From NCBI RefSeq assembly GCF_004010195.1, contig NC_057759.1, positions 7,008,058-7,049,838 on the forward strand: DNA of 41,781 nt, given 5' to 3'. The translations under genes and the position numbers were made by a program. The first letter of the stretch is position 1, and every line of letters starts with the position of its first letter. The notes below the pieces were generated by a model that did not search any database, had not been told where the DNA came from, and was given only the letters and a program-made list of their open reading frames with translations. Positions 23,929-36,121 of the stretch are shown here, piece after piece. The stretch is from Chiloscyllium plagiosum. Its lineage: Eukaryota.

Positions 23929-24199
23929 GTTTGACTGAATAATTTCTCCGTTTCCCTCAGATTGCTGTTGCAAGTCATGACTTCACATTGGTAGGACCCT
24001 GAATGGTGCACGGTTGCTTCCTCTTTTGCATAACTGCTCTTCTCTAAAGGGAAATTAAGAGATTCCCTTTTTTTGTAAAATGTGTTTAACAGGGGGTGAA
24101 CTTCGTGAAAGGGTTCAGTCAAACAGACGAGGTTAAATCCTTCACCAATGAATACTTCGACGTCGGGGTCAGCTTGCAACGTTGGCTCAGAGCAGAGAT
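23929..24199 (-). pseudogene. Ig domain exon 3 (frameshift near 3' end)
   Basis: Acceptor ctctgttgtag; (D)LCSEPTLQADPDVEVFIGEGFNLVC...FYKK...HSGSYQCEV; donor gtgagc. At 271 nt it ends in phase 2, while the next exon needs phase 1; the shifted frame gives the expected ...SVK(R). Confidence 0.88.
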
Positions 24200-24535
24200 C
24201 TACAACAGAGCAAAATCACACGGATATACACACAACGGGTGCTTGAGATCTGAGACAAAATACAAAAAGTGCTGGAAAAACTAAGCAGGTCTAGTAGCAT
24301 TCTTGGAGAGAGAAACAGAAGTAACATTTGGAGTTCTTTGTACTATTTTGAGAATAACCATCCTGACAAAATATAAAAATAAGGGGACTCTATCTGTTTC
24401 TACACATCACACTTTGATGCCATCACGAAATTTCTATTGCAATATTGCAAGTCGACAATGGCTTTATCCAACACTGACATCTTTATCTGTAAATCATTTA
24501 AATCAAGAGAGAACAACTCAAAACGGAATACCTAC

Positions 24536-24802
24536 CTTTTACAACGATGCTTACATCATGTGAGCTCCATTTCCTGAAACCCAATTTCTGTTCACATCGA
24601 TAAGTTGCTCCTTCTGAAAATCTCACCACTGCTATCGTGTACTCTGGTTCATGCTCTCCTTTAATTAAGAATTTCTTTCGATACCAAAGGAAGATGTAAT
24701 GTCTGTCAGATCCCCAGGAATACCTGAAGCATTTCAGAACAGAGGTTTCACCAAGCAGTAGGGTCAGCTGGAGTTGAAAACTGGTTAACGAGAGGTAATG
24801 CA
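24536..24802 (-). pseudogene. Ig domain exon 2 (open frame)
   Basis: Acceptor ttttttccaaag; (V)HYLSLTSFQLQLTLLLGETSVLKCFRYSWGSDRHYIFLWYRKK...GATYRCEQKLGFRKWSSHDVSIVVK; donor G|gtaggt. 267 nt, phase 1-1, with the C-W-Y.C Ig core. Confidence 0.88.
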
Positions 24803-24819
24803 CTTTGGAAAAAACGCAT

Positions 24820-25485
24820 TAAATGAATGGCAGGACACTAGGAAGCTCAGGAGGAGCAGATGGATCTTGGGGTGTTTGTCCATAGATCCCTGGAGGTGGC
24901 AGGACTGGATAATAAGGCTGTGAAGGAGACATAAGGATCGCTTACCATTATCCGTGAAAGTGTAGATTATAAGAGCTGGGAGGTGACGTTGCAGTTGGAC
25001 GGGACTTTGGTGAGGCTACAGCTGGAATGCTGTGTGCTGTTCAAGTCTCTGCACTATAGGAAGATTGTGATTGCACTGGAGAGGGTGCACAGCAGATTCA
25101 CAAGAATTTTCTCTGGGTTACAGCATTTCTGCGATGAAGAGAATCTGGATAAGCTTCAGAGGGGCATGGACAGTGGGGGTCGGAAGCAATTCTTCCCCTT
25201 AATCGAAGAGTCAATATGGAGGAGGGAGGCATCGTTTTAGTTTGAATGGCAGGAGGTTTGGAGAGGGATTTGTAGATAGTTTCACCCGGGGGTGGGAGGG
25301 TATGGGTTGATCTACCCAGGAGGGTGATGGGGCACAAAACCTCTCAGCTTTTAAAAAGCTCACAGTCACCCACTTGTCATATAATAACATCCAAGGCTAT
25401 TGGCCTAGTGCAGGATAATGGGAACAATGTATATAAAGCAGTGCAGAGCTGATGGGACGAAGGGTCCCTTCTGTACTGTACTCTA
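24820..25485 (+). mobile_element. CR1 LINE 3' fragment abutting the Ig2 acceptor
   Basis: TLVRLQLECCVLF..HYRKIVIALERVHSRFTRIFSGL. Confidence 0.8.
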
Positions 25486-25719
25486 TCACTCACTTACTAA
25501 AGTAAACGAGACGCTAAATTAACTAGCGAGTGAGAAGAGGTGATTGATTCAATTCAATAGGAATACCCTCTCTGTACTGTAACTGGGAACAGTGAGCAAA
25601 CCGTAGGAGACGGTGAAGCTGGTTTGACACTGTTTCCTTAATCAGTTTGGCCCTCAGCAGTGTTTAGGATCTGACAGAGTCTACAATGTGGTCCTGTAAA
25701 GGACAGTATATGACACAGC

Positions 25720-28385
25720 ATAGCATGGAAAAGACATGCCCCAGTGCAGGATGTGGTGCAGTGCAGCCCAGTGTAAGGTGATACCAGTGTCGTGTGAGCC
25801 CCAGTGTAGGGTCAGGCACAGTATAGGATGTGGCCCAGTTTAGGATGAGTCGCAGTTTAGAATGAGGTTCACTTTAGGATAAGGCTCACTTTAGGATTTT
25901 TCCCAGTTTATAACGGCAACTAATGTAGAATGTTTCTCAGTTTCTAATGGGGCCTAGTTTACAAAAGAGCCCAATGCAGAATGTTTCCAAGTTTACAATA
26001 TGCCTCAGTGTAAGGTGTGGCCTAGTTGAGGATTTGTGAATGTGTAGGAAACACCCCAGTGTGGGATGTTTCCCAGTTTAGTATGAGTCTCAATTTAGGA
26101 TGAACCACACTTTAGGATGTTGCCCAGTGTAGGATGAAGTTTAGTTTGAGATGTGGACAAGTTTTGTATAAGGCCCAGTTTAGGATGTGACACAGTGTAC
26201 AATGCAGCCTAGTTTAGGAGGTGACTCAGATTCCACTGTGGTCCAGTGTAAGATCTGTTCTAATGTATCATGTGGACCAGTTAAGGATTTTCCCACTATA
26301 GGATCAAGCCCAGTTTAGGATGAGGCCCAATTTAGGATGAGGCCCAGTTTAGGATGAAGCCCAATTTAGGACGTAACCAAGCCGAAACATCGACACTCCG
26401 GCTCCTCCGATGCTGACTGAACGATTGTGATTTTCCATCACCTCACTTATTGACTGTTTAGAATGAGGCCCGTTTGAGGATAAGGCCAATTCAGGATGTG
26501 ACCTAATGACAAATATTTCTCAGTTGAGGAGGTATTGCTGTTTAGACTGAGGCACAGTTGAGGAGGTGGCCCAGTTTAGAATTAGACCCTGTTTAGGATG
26601 TGGCCTAGTTTAGCATGTGGTAAAATTTATGGTGAGTCCCAAGTTAGGATATGGCTCAATTTGGGATGTCATCTAGTTTAGAATGAGGCCAGGTGTGAGG
26701 TCTGGCCCAGTTTTGAATGAGGCGGTGTTTAGGGTAACGTCCAGTTTAGGATGAGGCCCAGTTTACAATGGGGCCCAATTTATAATGGGGCATGGTCTAC
26801 GATCTGAACAATCTTAGGGTGAGGCTCATCTTCGGGTGAGACCCAGTTTGGTATGTAGCTACACTATGCTGAGACCCAGTTGGGATGTGGCCCAGTTTAT
26901 GATGAGGCTTAGAAAGGGAAGTGGCCTAGTTAACGGTGAGGTCGACATTCAATGTGGCCCAGTTCAAGGTGAGGCCCAGTTTGTGACAGGACACAATCTA
27001 GGACATGGCTTAATTTAGGATGGCATGCAGGTTAGAATGAGGCCCGTGTACGGTCTGGCCCAGTTTTGAATGGGGCCCAGTTTAGGATAAGGTCCAGTTT
27101 AGGATCAGGCCCAGTTTAAAATGGGGCACAATTTAAGATTGCGCCCAGTTTATGAACTGAACCACATTAGGGTGAGGCTCATATTAGGGTGATACCCATT
27201 TCAGCATGTAGCCCACTGAGGACCAGTTTTGGATGTGGCCCAGTTTATGGTGAGGCCCACTTTGAAATGTGGACAAGTTTAGGATGAGGCCCAGTTTGGG
27301 AGATGGCCCAGTTTAGGGTGAGGCCCACAGTGGGGCCTAATTTTCTATGGGGCCCATTTTATGACCTGAACCACATTCGGGTGAGGCTCATCTTAGGGTT
27401 AGACCCAGTTTGATATGTATCCGACTTTAGGTTGCGGCCCACTTTGGGATGTGCCCCAGTTTAGAGTAAGGCCAATTTAGGTAATGGTCCAGTTTAAGGT
27501 GAGGGTTAAAACGGGATGTGACCAAGTTTAAGATGATGCTCACATTGTAATGCTGAAGTTCTGTTTGGGATGTGTCACAGTTTATAATGAGTTCCAGTTT
27601 GGGATGTGACCCAATTTAGGGCAAGGCCCAGTTTGGGATGTGGCCCAATTTAGGGTGAGGCTCCGAATGGGATGTGGCGCAGTTTAAGTTGAGGCCAATA
27701 TTGTAATGTGGCCCATTTTACGGTGAGGCTATGTTTGGGATGTGACCCAGTTTGGGATGTGGCCCAGTTTAGGGTGAGGCCAATTTAGGGTGCAGCCTTG
27801 TTTATGATGAGGCTTAGAATGGGATGTGGCCTAGTTTAAGGTGAGGCCCAGTTTGGGATGTGACCAGTTTAGGATGAGGCCCAGTTTGGGATATAGCCCA
27901 TTTTAGGGTGAGGCCCAGTTTACAATGGGGCTCAATTTACGATGGGGCCTTATTTATGACCTAAACCACATTTGGGTAAGTCTCATCTTAGGGCGAGACC
28001 TCAGCTTGGTATGTAGCCGATTTTAGGCTGAGGACCAGTTTTGGATGTGGCCCAGCTTTGGGTGAGTCTCAGAATGGGATGTGGCAAAGGTTAGGGTGAG
28101 GCCCACTTTGCAATGTTGCCCAGTTTAGCCTGAGGCCGTGTTTGGGATGAGTCCCAGTTTAGGATGAGGCCCAGTTTGGGTTGTGCCCAATTTACGGTGA
28201 TGCCCAGTTTCGAATTTTGCCTAGTTTAGTGTGAGGTCCAGTTTGCAATTTGGCCCAGTTTATGGTGAAGCCCTTTTTAAATATGGCACAGTTTGGAGTA
28301 AGGCCTAGCTTGGGATAGGGCCCAGGTTAGGGTGAGGCCCAGTTTGAGATGTGGCCGAGGTTAGCATGAAGCCCAGCCTAGTGAG
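25720..28385. repeat. 17-bp satellite array, consensus approx. (A/T)GGCCCAGTTT(A/G)GG(A/G)TG
   Basis: For example aggcccagtttaggatg aggcccagtttgggatg tggcccagtttagggtg. About 2.7 kb, in the Ig1-Ig2 intron; interrupted at about 26380-26455. Confidence 0.92.
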
Positions 28386-28713
28386 AAAAGTGGATAACTC
28401 TCTCTGGAGCAGCTGGGTCCTGACACCAGATCTCCTGTCGGTCATGTAACAGATTGAATAGTGGAGCAGGTTTATGGGGCCAAATGGCCTACTCCTGTTC
28501 CAGTTTCTTCTGGACCCAATGATCCACATTAAAATCTGGGGAGCCCGAGAATTTCTTCCATTGGGAAGTGGGATTGATTGCCTCTTTGCATCACCGTGTC
28601 TCTTGGGACTTGGTGAATTGTACAGCATGCAGTATGATATATTGTGTGGTCTCTCCAAAAAGGAATGCTGTTCGACACAGAACATGTACATCAAAACTTA
28701 ACGTTTCCGATAC

Positions 28714-28964
28714 CAATGGTCACCACTTCTAAATGTTCACTTCATGAAGAGGAGCTCCATTCACTGACCCTTTGACACTGGTAAGAGCCTCCAATTTTAC
28801 TGTCAGCTTTTCTTTGAAAGTAATTAGCAATATCCTTGTAAAAAAGTTGTTATACCAGAAAGCTGTTATAAATCTATTGTTGTACTGACACTTTAGAGTG
28901 AACCACTCCCCTTCTTTGATGACACCATCCCTGGGATTAGTTATGATGACCTCTTCGGATTGGC
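28714..28964 (-). pseudogene. Ig domain exon 1 (frameshift + premature TGA)
   Basis: Acceptor gatctgcag, then GQSEEVIITNPRDGVIKEGEWFTLKCQYNNRFITAFWYNN; shifted frame FYKDIANYFQRKADSKIGGSYQCQRVSEWSSSS*SEHLEVVTI; donor G|gtatcg (donor choice less certain). 251 nt; TGA at 28742-28744. Confidence 0.8.
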
Positions 28965-30409
28965 CTGCAGATCAACAATAACAGTAATCTCTAATGAGTA
29001 TAACATCAATCGAAATCTATCACTCTCCATCATACTTCATACATTTACTGTTTCTGCCCGATGCAAAATCGATTAATCAATGTTAATTGATTAATTAACC
29101 CAAATCCTACTCACAATTGACAACGAACAAGTCAGGAATGTGATTGAATAATCCCCACTTGTTTGGATGGGTTCAGCTCCAACAACACTCGAGCAGGTCG
29201 ACACTATCCGGGGACAAAGCAGCCTCTGCTTGTTAGGAACCACATCACTGAACATCTATTCTGTCCAACACCGATGATCAGTAGCAGCAATTTGTACCAT
29301 CTATGAGATGCGCTGCAGAAATTCACCACAGATCCTCAGACAGCACCTACTAAAGCCACAAACAGGTCCATCCAGAAGGACAACATGCGAGCACCATCCC
29401 TTGCAAGTTCCCCTCTGACGCACTAACCATCCTAACTTGGAAATACATCAGCCATTGTTTAGTGTTGCTGGATCAAAATCCTGGAATTACCTCCTTTAGG
29501 GCATTGTGGGTCTGCCGCTACATGTGGACCGCTGTGGTTAACGAAGACAGCTCACCACCACCTTCTCAAGTGGGCAACTAGGGATGGGGACAATAAATGA
29601 TGGATCCAGCTAGCGACGCCCAGGTCCCATAAGCAGAAATGATCTTCAATGGGTCTCCATCTGCACACGGACTGTGCAGAGGTCACTCTTACTGATACGG
29701 TCATGGACAGATGCATCTGCAGCCAGCAGGTTGGTATGAATGATTTCAGGGTATTTTTTCCTTCTTGCTTGGTTCCCTCAACATCTGCTGCAGACCCTGT
29801 CTAGCAGCTATGTCCTTTAGGACCCAACCAGCTCGTCAGTCGTGCTGCTACCGAGTCACTGTTGATGTTGTTCACTGAAATCCCCCACTCAGGTTAGATT
29901 TAGTGCCCTTGTCATCTTCAGTGCATCCTCAAAAAGTTGTTCAACACGGAGGAATACCGATTCATCACCTGTGGGAGGATGTGGGAGCAGGAGGTTTCCA
30001 TAATACGTCATAATGTGCAGAGTCAATGTTGAGACTGTATCCTCCTGTTCAGCTACCTCAACTGGGTCTGTCCTGCTGTGGGACAATGCATATTGAGCGA
30101 TAGTGATGGCGGTGTGTGGGAAATTGTCTGTAAGGTATGATTCGGGGAGTCCGAAGATGACACTCCCAATTTTCGCACTAGCCCCCAGATGTTAGGGAGG
30201 AGGTCTCTGCAGGGTCGACAGGGCTGTTGCCTCCATTATCTTTTCTGGTTTCTTGGTTGATACTGGGTGATCCATCTGATTTCATTTCATTGTTGAGACT
30301 TTACAGCGATGATTAGAACTGAATGGTTTGCTTGGCCATTTCAAAGTACAGTTAAGTGTCAACCGTAAAAAAACTATTACAGGACTCGACATATTAACGT
30401 AACATCTGG

Positions 30410-30640
30410 CTCTCTGTAGATGTTGCCAGGCATACTGAGTTTCTCCAGTACTTTCTGTATGTATAATTTGTAACGTTACTTCTGTTTTTCTCTCACTCTT
30501 TAGATGCTGCGAGACCTGCTGAGTTCCTCCCGTACTTTCTGTATTTATAACATTAAGTCTGTTCCTCTTTCCCGTAGATGCTGCCAGACCTGCTTGGCTT
30601 CTCCAGCACTTTCCATGTTTATAAGCTGTAACTTTAATTC
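30410..30640. repeat. Tandem agatgctgccagacctgctgagtttctccagc units (Penelope-type terminal-repeat remnants)
   Basis: Three units about 85 bp apart. Similar clusters at 3880-4110 (reverse), 19910-20065 and 35750-36030. Confidence 0.65.
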
Positions 30641-30644
30641 TGTT

Positions 30645-30681
<37 letters not shown>

Positions 30682-31979
30682 GACACACACACACGCACAC
30701 ACACACACACACAAACACGCAGGCACACACATACACACACACGCACTCTCTCTCTCTCTCTCAAGCCCCCCTCCCCCAACTTTCCCCACAGATCTGATAA
30801 GATGTTGAAACATGGTATTTTTACTTTCCTGTCCTGATTGATACGAGACAGGAAACCTCAAACACAATCGGTTCATTCCCCAGGAGCAGTACTGCCAAGT
30901 GAATATCGGTGAAGAGTCCCAACTTCCCAAAGTGGCCAGGATCTACTAAATAAATTATTCTACAGAGGTGTCAAGGTCAATGAGATCCCCGTTCGCAGTA
31001 ATGGCTGATTCAAAATACAGCTTTATGTCAACTTTGAATGTTTAAAGAGGAACATGTTATTGGAACATTGCTGTCAGTTACACATCATGGCAAATTCACC
31101 TCAGTCTTACCAGATCATTTGCTGCTCTCTCATTACAGCGAGATGACTGGGTGATGGTTTAACTTGAGGGTCACCACTCGTCAGGCGAGACGAGAGGTTG
31201 AGAAGGAGAGTGCTTCACGTTTGCCTCAGCTGGTGAGGGAACTGATCCCATGTTGTTGGCATTTCAGTGTATTACAAAGTAGCTATCCAGGGGAACTCCT
31301 CACCCCCACCCTGCACTTTGAGACAGCAATGGTAGGAGTTCTGGAGCAGGGGGTAATTCCAATTCAAATAACCTTAATCCACACCCAACCCCAACATCAC
31401 TTGAGACAAAGAAACTGATTTATTCCAGAGATTTATGTTAGGAAGAGTAATTGAGCAGTTTAGGCCGTTACTCTCTGGAGTTTAGAGGAATGAAAGAAGT
31501 TCTAACTTAGGCATATAGGAAAGTAAAGGGGGAATTGACAAAGGAGATGGAGAGAGAATGTTTCCTCATGTGGGACTATTTAGAACAGGAGCAGAGGATG
31601 GTGCAGATTGAGAACGGAGATGGCTTCTGTCATAGGGGGTGTGTGAAAGTGTGGGACTATAGCAACCACCACGGTCCCAGGTATAGTATTGGATTTCTAG
31701 ACACTGAATAAACTGAAGGAGAAGATAGACAGATTTTTAGTCAGTAGTGGATCAAAGGAAGTGAGGACAGAAAAATGGAGTTGAGGTCCATATGGAATCA
31801 GTTGCGATTGTGTGGAATGGGAGAACAAACTCCCAAGGGGCTGAACCTAACCTCCTGCTTCAAGCCCTTATGTAATTATGACGTTTAATGAACAACAGAG
31901 GAGATTTTCCACACTGTGTGAGTACTGAGGGACAATGCCAATGGCAAAAACAATCAATCCTTAACACTGAGGATCTGTA

Positions 31980-32320
31980 GAAACACAGAATCCCTACAGT
32001 GCAGAAACAAGCTATTCGGCACATCAAGTCAACACCAACCCGCTGAAGAGTATCCCACACAGACCAACCTCCCTACCCTATCCCTATAACTCTGCATTTC
32101 CCATGGCTAATTCACCTAACCTACAAATCCCTGGACATAATGACAATTTCCTGTGGTCAATCCGCCTAGCCTGCACAATTTTGGACAATTGGAGGAAACC
32201 AATAGACACAGGGAGAATGTGCAAATTCCATACAGACCATCATCCAAGGCTGGAATTGAACCCAGGTCCCTGGCACTGTCGGTCAGCAGTGTTAACCACT
32301 GAACAACCGTGCCACCCCCT
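31980..32320 (-). mobile_element. HE1-type SINE
   Basis: Reverse complement of the same head, V-domain (gggagaatgtgcaaattccataca) and tail. Confidence 0.85.
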
Positions 32321-32986
32321 GAGCCTGGTCTGCCACTCAATAGCCTCACTCCATCGATCTACAGTTGGACCCTAGGGCGCTAATACCTGAGGAAGCGCAA
32401 TCTCTCAAATTGAAAACTAACACCTGGTCCAGCCTCCACTGTGGCTTGTGAGTGAGAGTTCAAACATCTCCTGCCCATAGCGTGTAAAAAGGTTAACATT
32501 TTCAGCATACTGTGTGCCACCAGGTACGAAACATTTCTTTCAGTTAAAAGAAAAGAGAGAGAATTCAGCGTCACGTCTACAAAACTTCTTATTTTCAATT
32601 GTAAACTCTGTGAGATGATGCACACGCCCATGCGATCAAGTGTCATTTGCTTAAAGAGGAATCTACTGTTGCCCGCAGGATTTGGGGTAAGATTTCTGTT
32701 TGTCAAAGGGGTAAACCGTTTGTTTTGGCCCTGAGTTTGTATGTTTGCATGAGAAGCACTGTAGCCTGTGAGAAAATTATGAGTTGTATTTCAGGGACAC
32801 TAAATATTGAATGGAAATGTCTATTCAATCTGCTCAGATCGATAACAGGGCATGCCGCTGTCGGCTTACAGAGTCACACAGCACAGGAACAAGACCTTCG
32901 ACCCAACTCGACTATGCTCAGCAGGTTTTCCAAAATAAACTAAACTAGTCCCACTTGCCTGCAATTTAGCCCAAATCCCTCGAAAC

Positions 32987-33470
32987 CAGGTGTGGGGAAC
33001 CTGCGGTCTTCTGGGCCATTGGGAGTGGCCTTTTGAATTAATCCAAATTTTGCAGAACAAATCTTTTATTTTTTATTAATATGTTTTTTCTCGTCCGTTA
33101 TTATTTTTATTTCAACCACTTATTGTTGCGAATCTACATTCTCCTGCTTAACCAAAATCAAAACGTCCTTAAGGTCACAAATGACGGATGCCCATCTAGA
33201 GGATCAGCTAAAACTGCAGACCTCCATGCTGCAATCAAACATTCAAATGCTTTCCTACAAAAATCAGTCACAACAAAGTCCTTTAAAGGTTAGTTAACTT
33301 TAGACTTAACATTTTTTTCATGTGTTTAGTTAGTTATTACATAGTAGTTCGATTTTTACAAAATAATGGGAATTTTGAAGAATATATCATTGAAATTTCT
33401 TGGATGCGGCCTTATTAGATTACAACTAACATAATGCGGCCTTCCAACATGAAAATGTTCCCCACCTCTG
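32987..33470. mobile_element. hAT/Charlie-type MITE, 484 bp
   Basis: TIRs caggtgtggggaac / gttccccacctctg (12 of 14 match). 8-bp TSD ctcgaaac (32979-32986) / ctctaaac (33471-33478). AT-rich non-coding interior; splits a CR1 3' fragment. Confidence 0.8.
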
Positions 33471-35589
33471 CTCTAAACCTTTCCAATCCATGTCCCTATC
33501 CAAATGGCTTTTAAATGTTTTAATTGTACCCATTTCTACCACTTCCTCTGACATTTTGTTCCATATACGTATCACTTTCTGTTTGAAAAAGATCCCCTTC
33601 AGGTGTCTTTTAAATCGTTCCCCTCTCACCCTAAAGCTATGCCCTCTAGTTTTAGATAAAGGCAAGATCGAAATCTATGTAACCGTGCATATTAAAGAAT
33701 GTCCACTTTAATACAATAATGTGTCACAGTACACGAAAAGCCCTTTGAACGTTGCAAACTGTACCCGACATCACTAAAGGATGCTTCCAACCAACGGGTG
33801 GGGGTTGACCTGAAACAGGGGGTCACAATCCAAAGGAGACAGGGTGGGACTGAGATTGGGAGAAATGTCCTTACCCAGCGAGTAGGGCACATGTGGGATT
33901 CTCGACCACAGAAAACAGTCAGGGGCAGAATACAGAAGTGCCCCCATCCCTCTCTCTCTCGTCACCATTCGTTTCTCTCCCTGAATACTGCCCTTCATTT
34001 CTCTCTCTCCCTCACTTCTATCCCTATCTCTCTCAGTCTCTCTCCCTTAATTCTCCCATGATCTCTCTCGCTCCTTGAATTCTATCCAATCCATCCTACC
34101 CCACTCTCCCCTTTAATCCTGCCCCCGCTTTCACTCTCCATCCATCCTGCCCCATCTCTCTCCCCTCTTTCAATCCTGCCCCAAATCTCTTTCTCTCCCT
34201 TTCCCTTAATCCTGCCTTTCCCTTTCTTTCTATCTCTTTCAACTTACCCTCCTCTTTGACAGAAATTATAACATACTAGCTCGAACACACAAACCAATTT
34301 GAATACGTTTAGTTCCTCCAAACAGCATGGCTCTGGCATCTCACTAATTCTAGCGGCAAATGCACACAATGTTTCACTTAGACATAAACTGTAACAACCA
34401 CTTCCAGAAAATCAGCAGGCAAAATTCCTTCACATGCGTCATCGTGTGGAATCCAAACACAAAGGCCCTCTCTCTTTCTCTGTGACGGTAGATTCTTCAG
34501 GGAGGCAATTAATTTCTCATCCAGCCTTCCTAAAGAAAGAAATTAAATGGGTTTCTGGCTTCATTGAGCAGGGAACAAGACCGCTCAGTCCATCCACCAG
34601 TGGTGGATACTTGTAATCTGTGACTACCTGTCTCCCTGAGTGCCTTACAAACTGGTTACTCCACACTGTCCCTTTTTTCCATAGTTTTTTTCTCTTTAAC
34701 TGCGGCAAGGAGCTCAGCAAACAGAGAAACATGCGGCATGGACACAGGCCCGACTGCCCAGATCGTCCACGCCGACCAGGTTATTCAAACATGACTAGTC
34801 CCATTTGCTTGTGATTGGCCGTTCTAAACATTTCCAATGAAATCCAATTCAGCACCGATGTCTTTTAAATTTTGTAAATTGTACCCATCTCTATCACGTC
34901 CTCTGGCATTTTATTCCATATATGCACCGTCAGTTTTGAGAAAAAGTTGCCTCTCAGATCCCTTAAACTTTTTCCTTCTCACCTTAAATCTATGCTTTCT
35001 ATTTTTGGACTATAGACTTTGGCTATTCACCCTATCCATGCATCTCATGATCTTAGAAACTTTTATAGCGTTATCCTTCGGGCTCCTCTGGTTCAGGGTT
35101 AAGACGTCCCAGCCTATCCAAACTTGCCCGATAATCCAATCCTCCAGTCATTGTTAATCTTTTCTGTATTCCTTCCAGTGTAATAACATGCTTCCCGTAG
35201 CATCTCAGGCATTGCTATTTCATTCATTGATAGAATTTTCACCAGGATCGATCTCAATCGATTATTCAATGAGAGTGAATTGCATGTAGTTTCTTTCCCC
35301 TTTCTCTCCTAGCAAAACAGCCAGACAAATATGTCCAGCTGGTGCACAGCTTTTCCAAAGTGTAGTTGAATCATGAGGGATAACTCCCACCCGCCGCCCC
35401 CCACTCCCTTCCTACCCCAGGAACCAGGGAGACAACTAAAAGAGGGAGATCAGGTTCTGACTTCTGCAGATCTGTCTGCAGCTCTGTATCTGTTTCAGCT
35501 GTATCTGTTTCAGCTGTTGACTGAAAGGGCAACTTTAGCAGTGCCTGTGGGATGACGTTGGATTTGAGAAAACAGGAAAAGATACTAAC

Positions 35590-35622
35590 CACAAGGAGAC
35601 AAGTATAATGGATGGCTTGCAA
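35590..35622 (-). pseudogene. Candidate 33-nt leader mini-exon (S2-like), (V)ASHPLYLSPC
   Basis: Strong acceptor ttcctttttttttgtttcag, donor G|gttagt, 33 nt, phase 1-1. Both splice sites are conserved in the inverted copy at 4254-4284. Confidence 0.55.
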
Positions 35623-35898
35623 CTGAAACAAAAAAAAAGGAACTAAGCTTCACCAGTTGACACAGCGAGCTCATTATCTGACAGAAACACTTGCCAGTAA
35701 GGCAAAATGATTGATGGGGAATCAACATTCTCAAAACTTTAATTCTCTTTTCATAGAGACTACCAAATCTGTTGAATTTCTGCGGCATTTTCTGTGTTTA
35801 AAAACTGTAACATTAACTTTTTCTTTCTCTCTTTCTTCACAGATGCTACTAGATCCGTTGGCTTCCTACAGCATTTTGTGTTTATTACCTGTAATATT

Positions 35899-35952
<54 letters not shown>

Positions 35953-36121
35953 CTTTCTCTCTCTGTCTCTGCCTCAGATGCTGCCAGACCTGCTGAGATT
36001 CTCCGGTCCTCTCTGTGTTGGTTTAAGATCTCCAGAATCTTGCATTATGTAGCTTCTGGAACCAAACAAAAAGAATTATTTATATCAGACGCCAGTGACA
36101 GCACTCCTGGTGAAACTTTAC

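Noticed and set aside
25720..28385. CRISPR-like array
   Set aside because: Contiguous diverged 17-mers with no unique spacers, no cas genes and a eukaryotic context.
30820..30945. Minus-strand frame LAVLLLGNEPIVFEVSCL resembling an Ig N-terminus
   Set aside because: Weak acceptor, early stop, no W/FYK or second Cys motif and no donor.
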